Positions 61,501-63,831 of a stretch of DNA of 63,831 nucleotides are shown piece by piece (the first letter of the stretch is position 1; every line of letters begins with the position of its first letter). The position numbers were made by a program, and so were the translations under genes. Source of the DNA: Azolla caroliniana (lineage: Eukaryota > Plantae > Polypodiophyta); the NCBI GenBank assembly GCA_043228905.1, contig JBHGNT010000159.1, positions 1 to 63,831 on the forward strand, written 5' to 3'. The notes under the pieces are model-generated. The model did no database searches. It was not told where the DNA came from and was given only the letters and a program-made list of their open reading frames with translations.

Positions 61501-63831
61501 AGACCATGGTTGAAAACAGCACACATCAAGCAAAATTGGCGAAAAAATATGATTACCTTCCGGCGCGGAAAAGCCAAGGTCCGGGTACCGACACAACCAC
61601 GGACGAGCAACGGTAAGGAATGCACACCGATGTATGCGGAATGTGTGAACATGCTTGAAGGATTGGCAGACGACGAAGAAGCCCAGTACTTGGAGGAACA
61701 TCCGAAAATCGTACCACTCTTCGAGATTGACGTAGTTGAAGCCGTAGCCGCATACTTGCCGCAGCGGGACGACACCGAAGCCGAACCAGACAAAGATGCG
61801 ATTCGGGATTTACGGCAAGCACAGGAAGCGTTGGAACGGGAAATGGCCGTTTCCCAACGGGTAAAAGCATCCCAGCTCGACGAAGTGAACCTAGGAAGCA
61901 AGGACGAATCAAAGCCGATACACATCGCCAAAGAAATGAAGCCGGAAGATAAAGCGGCGATGATCAAACTTCTCACGGAGTTTCGCGACGTATTCGCCTG
62001 GTCATACGAAGACATGCGAGGGCTGGACCCTCAATTATATCAGCATCAGATCCACCTAGGCAAGGACGCGAAACCAGTGGCGCAACGACGATACCGAATG
62101 AACCCCAACTACGCCGCCAAAGTGAAGGAGGAAATCGACAAACTCCTAAGAGTGGGCTTCATCCGGCCGGTAAAGAAAGCGACGTGGCTGAGCCCCATCG
62201 TCGTCGTCCCAAAGAAGAACGGTAAAATCCGTGTGTGTGTAGATTACCGGAAACTAAATGCAGCCACAATTACGGATGCATTCCCTCTCCCGTTCACGGA
62301 TGGAGTACTGGATGCCGTCGCCGGCCATGAAGTTTATAGCTTTCTAGACGGGTTCAGCGGGTACAATCAAATCCGGATGCACCCGGACGACCAGGAGAAG
62401 ACAGCGTTCGTTACCGAATGGGGGGTGTTTGTGGCCGAAGTCATGATGTTCGGCCTAAAAACGGCACCAGCAACTTTCCAGCGAATCATCATGGAGATCT
62501 TCGGCGAATACATTCCTGCCTTCATGCAAGTTTTCCTGGATGATTTTGCAGTCTATAGCCGGGGAAAAGACCATTTGCAGCACCTACGGTTATGCCTTGA
62601 AAAGTGTAGGTTATACCGGCTAAGCTTAAACCCAGCAAAATGCATCTTTGGAGTTTCAAGTGGAATATTGCTGGGACACATTGTAAGTAAGGATGGCATT
62701 GCGGTCGACCCGGACAAAGTAAACGCCATACTAGGGGCACCGGCGCCGAAAACGGCCAAAGCACTAAGCCGATTCTTAGGACAGATCCGGTGGCACAGCC
62801 GGATGCTCCGTCACTTGGCTGACTTGGCTACACCATTACACACCGCGGTACATCGGACACCGTTCCAATGGACGGATACGGAGGATAAGGCATACAATGC
62901 CCTGAAGGTACTTTTATCGCAAGCACCCGTCGTGCAGCCTCCGGATTGGAGCAAGGAATTTCACGTGTTCGTGGACGCGTCCGACATCGCTATTGGCAGC
63001 GCCTTAATGCAGCTTACGGAGCCCAAATGGTACCGGCCGGTATATTACGCAAGCCGGAAGCTGTCCCAAGCGGAGAAGAACTATTCAACGACGGAACGGG
63101 AGGCCCTGGGCATGATCTACAGTGTCACAAAGTTTCGGCACTACCTATTGGGAAGGAAGTTCTCCTTTCATGTGGATCACTCGGCGCTTCTGTACTTAGT
63201 GTCCAAGGCATCCCTAACCGGTAAGTTGGCCCATTGGACCTTGCTGTTGCAGGAGTTCGAATTCGAGATTTTCCACCGGCCCGGTATCCAGCATGCCGTA
63301 GCAGACTACCTGAGCCGGTTAGAGTCCGGAGAACCAGGCGACGGAGTAGCGGATGAATTCCCGGACGCGGAGTTATTCCGTATCACCCCGGAAACGGCAG
63401 CGGACGACACGGTGGCATCAGAAGATAAATGGCTGACAAACATGCACCAGTTCCTAAGCACGGGCCTGCCACCGGAGGAAATGAACCGGGACGAAAGGAA
63501 ACGACTGGCGGTGCAGAGCCGCAATTTCTGTCTGTTACGGGACACTCTTTACCACAAAGGAGCAGATGGAATATGGAGACGGGCAGTCCGTAGTGACGAG
63601 AAAGAAGTAATCTTACGGGAAGCACACTGTGGGGTTGCCGGAGGACACTATGCCGGGGAAGCGACGGCAAGAAAGGTATGGCAGAGCGGCTTATGGTGGC
63701 CCACGACGCTAAAAGATGCCGTCAAGTATGCTAAGGAATGTGACCTATGCCAACGAATGGGCCAGCCTACGGAGCAAGCACGGATGCCACACCAACCGGT
63801 ACTGCCACTAGAGCCATTCCAGAAGTGGGGG
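58572..63831 (+). mobile_element. Gypsy E (D clade): 5' LTR 58572..~58990, PBS TGGCGACCACG 58996..59006; runs off the window
   Basis: Starts TGTTACCGG immediately after copia IYLTIT; colinear with D. Confidence 0.93.
59041..63831 (+). CDS. Gypsy E Gag-Pol, apparently one frame with a single premature TGA at 60574-60576; incomplete at the window end
   Basis: ORF 59041..60576 continues in frame to EYCYYCRQEGHYSNQC, VIDGGSGVN, FLDGFSGYNQI, VFLDDF, and IN HHCC up to LEPFQKW. Confidence 0.88.

Overview
This window is land-plant heterochromatin made almost entirely of nested and rearranged transposable elements. A non-seed plant (fern, lycophyte or bryophyte) is inferred from the mix of element lineages. 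No host gene, rRNA, tRNA gene or CRISPR array was found. Contents: Ty1/copia elements (Tnt1/Tork-like B plus two related solo LTRs; a second family F/G/H); Athila/Tat-related non-chromovirus Ty3/gypsy elements (A, D, E); two Tcn1/Tf1-like chromoviruses with apparent self-priming sites (T1, T2); two head-to-head copies of an iMet-primed chromovirus (K1/K2); an L1 LINE remnant; and one end of a probable DNA transposon. The most unusual part is a fungal-type Gypsy family (C1, C2) with an 18-nt tRNA-Trp PBS and a 4-bp TSD, together with apparent non-autonomous partners (N1, N2). N1 and N2 share the LTR termini and PPT of C, and N2 also retains the Trp PBS and Gag. In both, pol is replaced by a long modular repeat ORF. 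Nesting reaches four levels (K2>N2>C2>D). All family assignments come from motif recognition by eye, not database searches. Element letters are my own labels.
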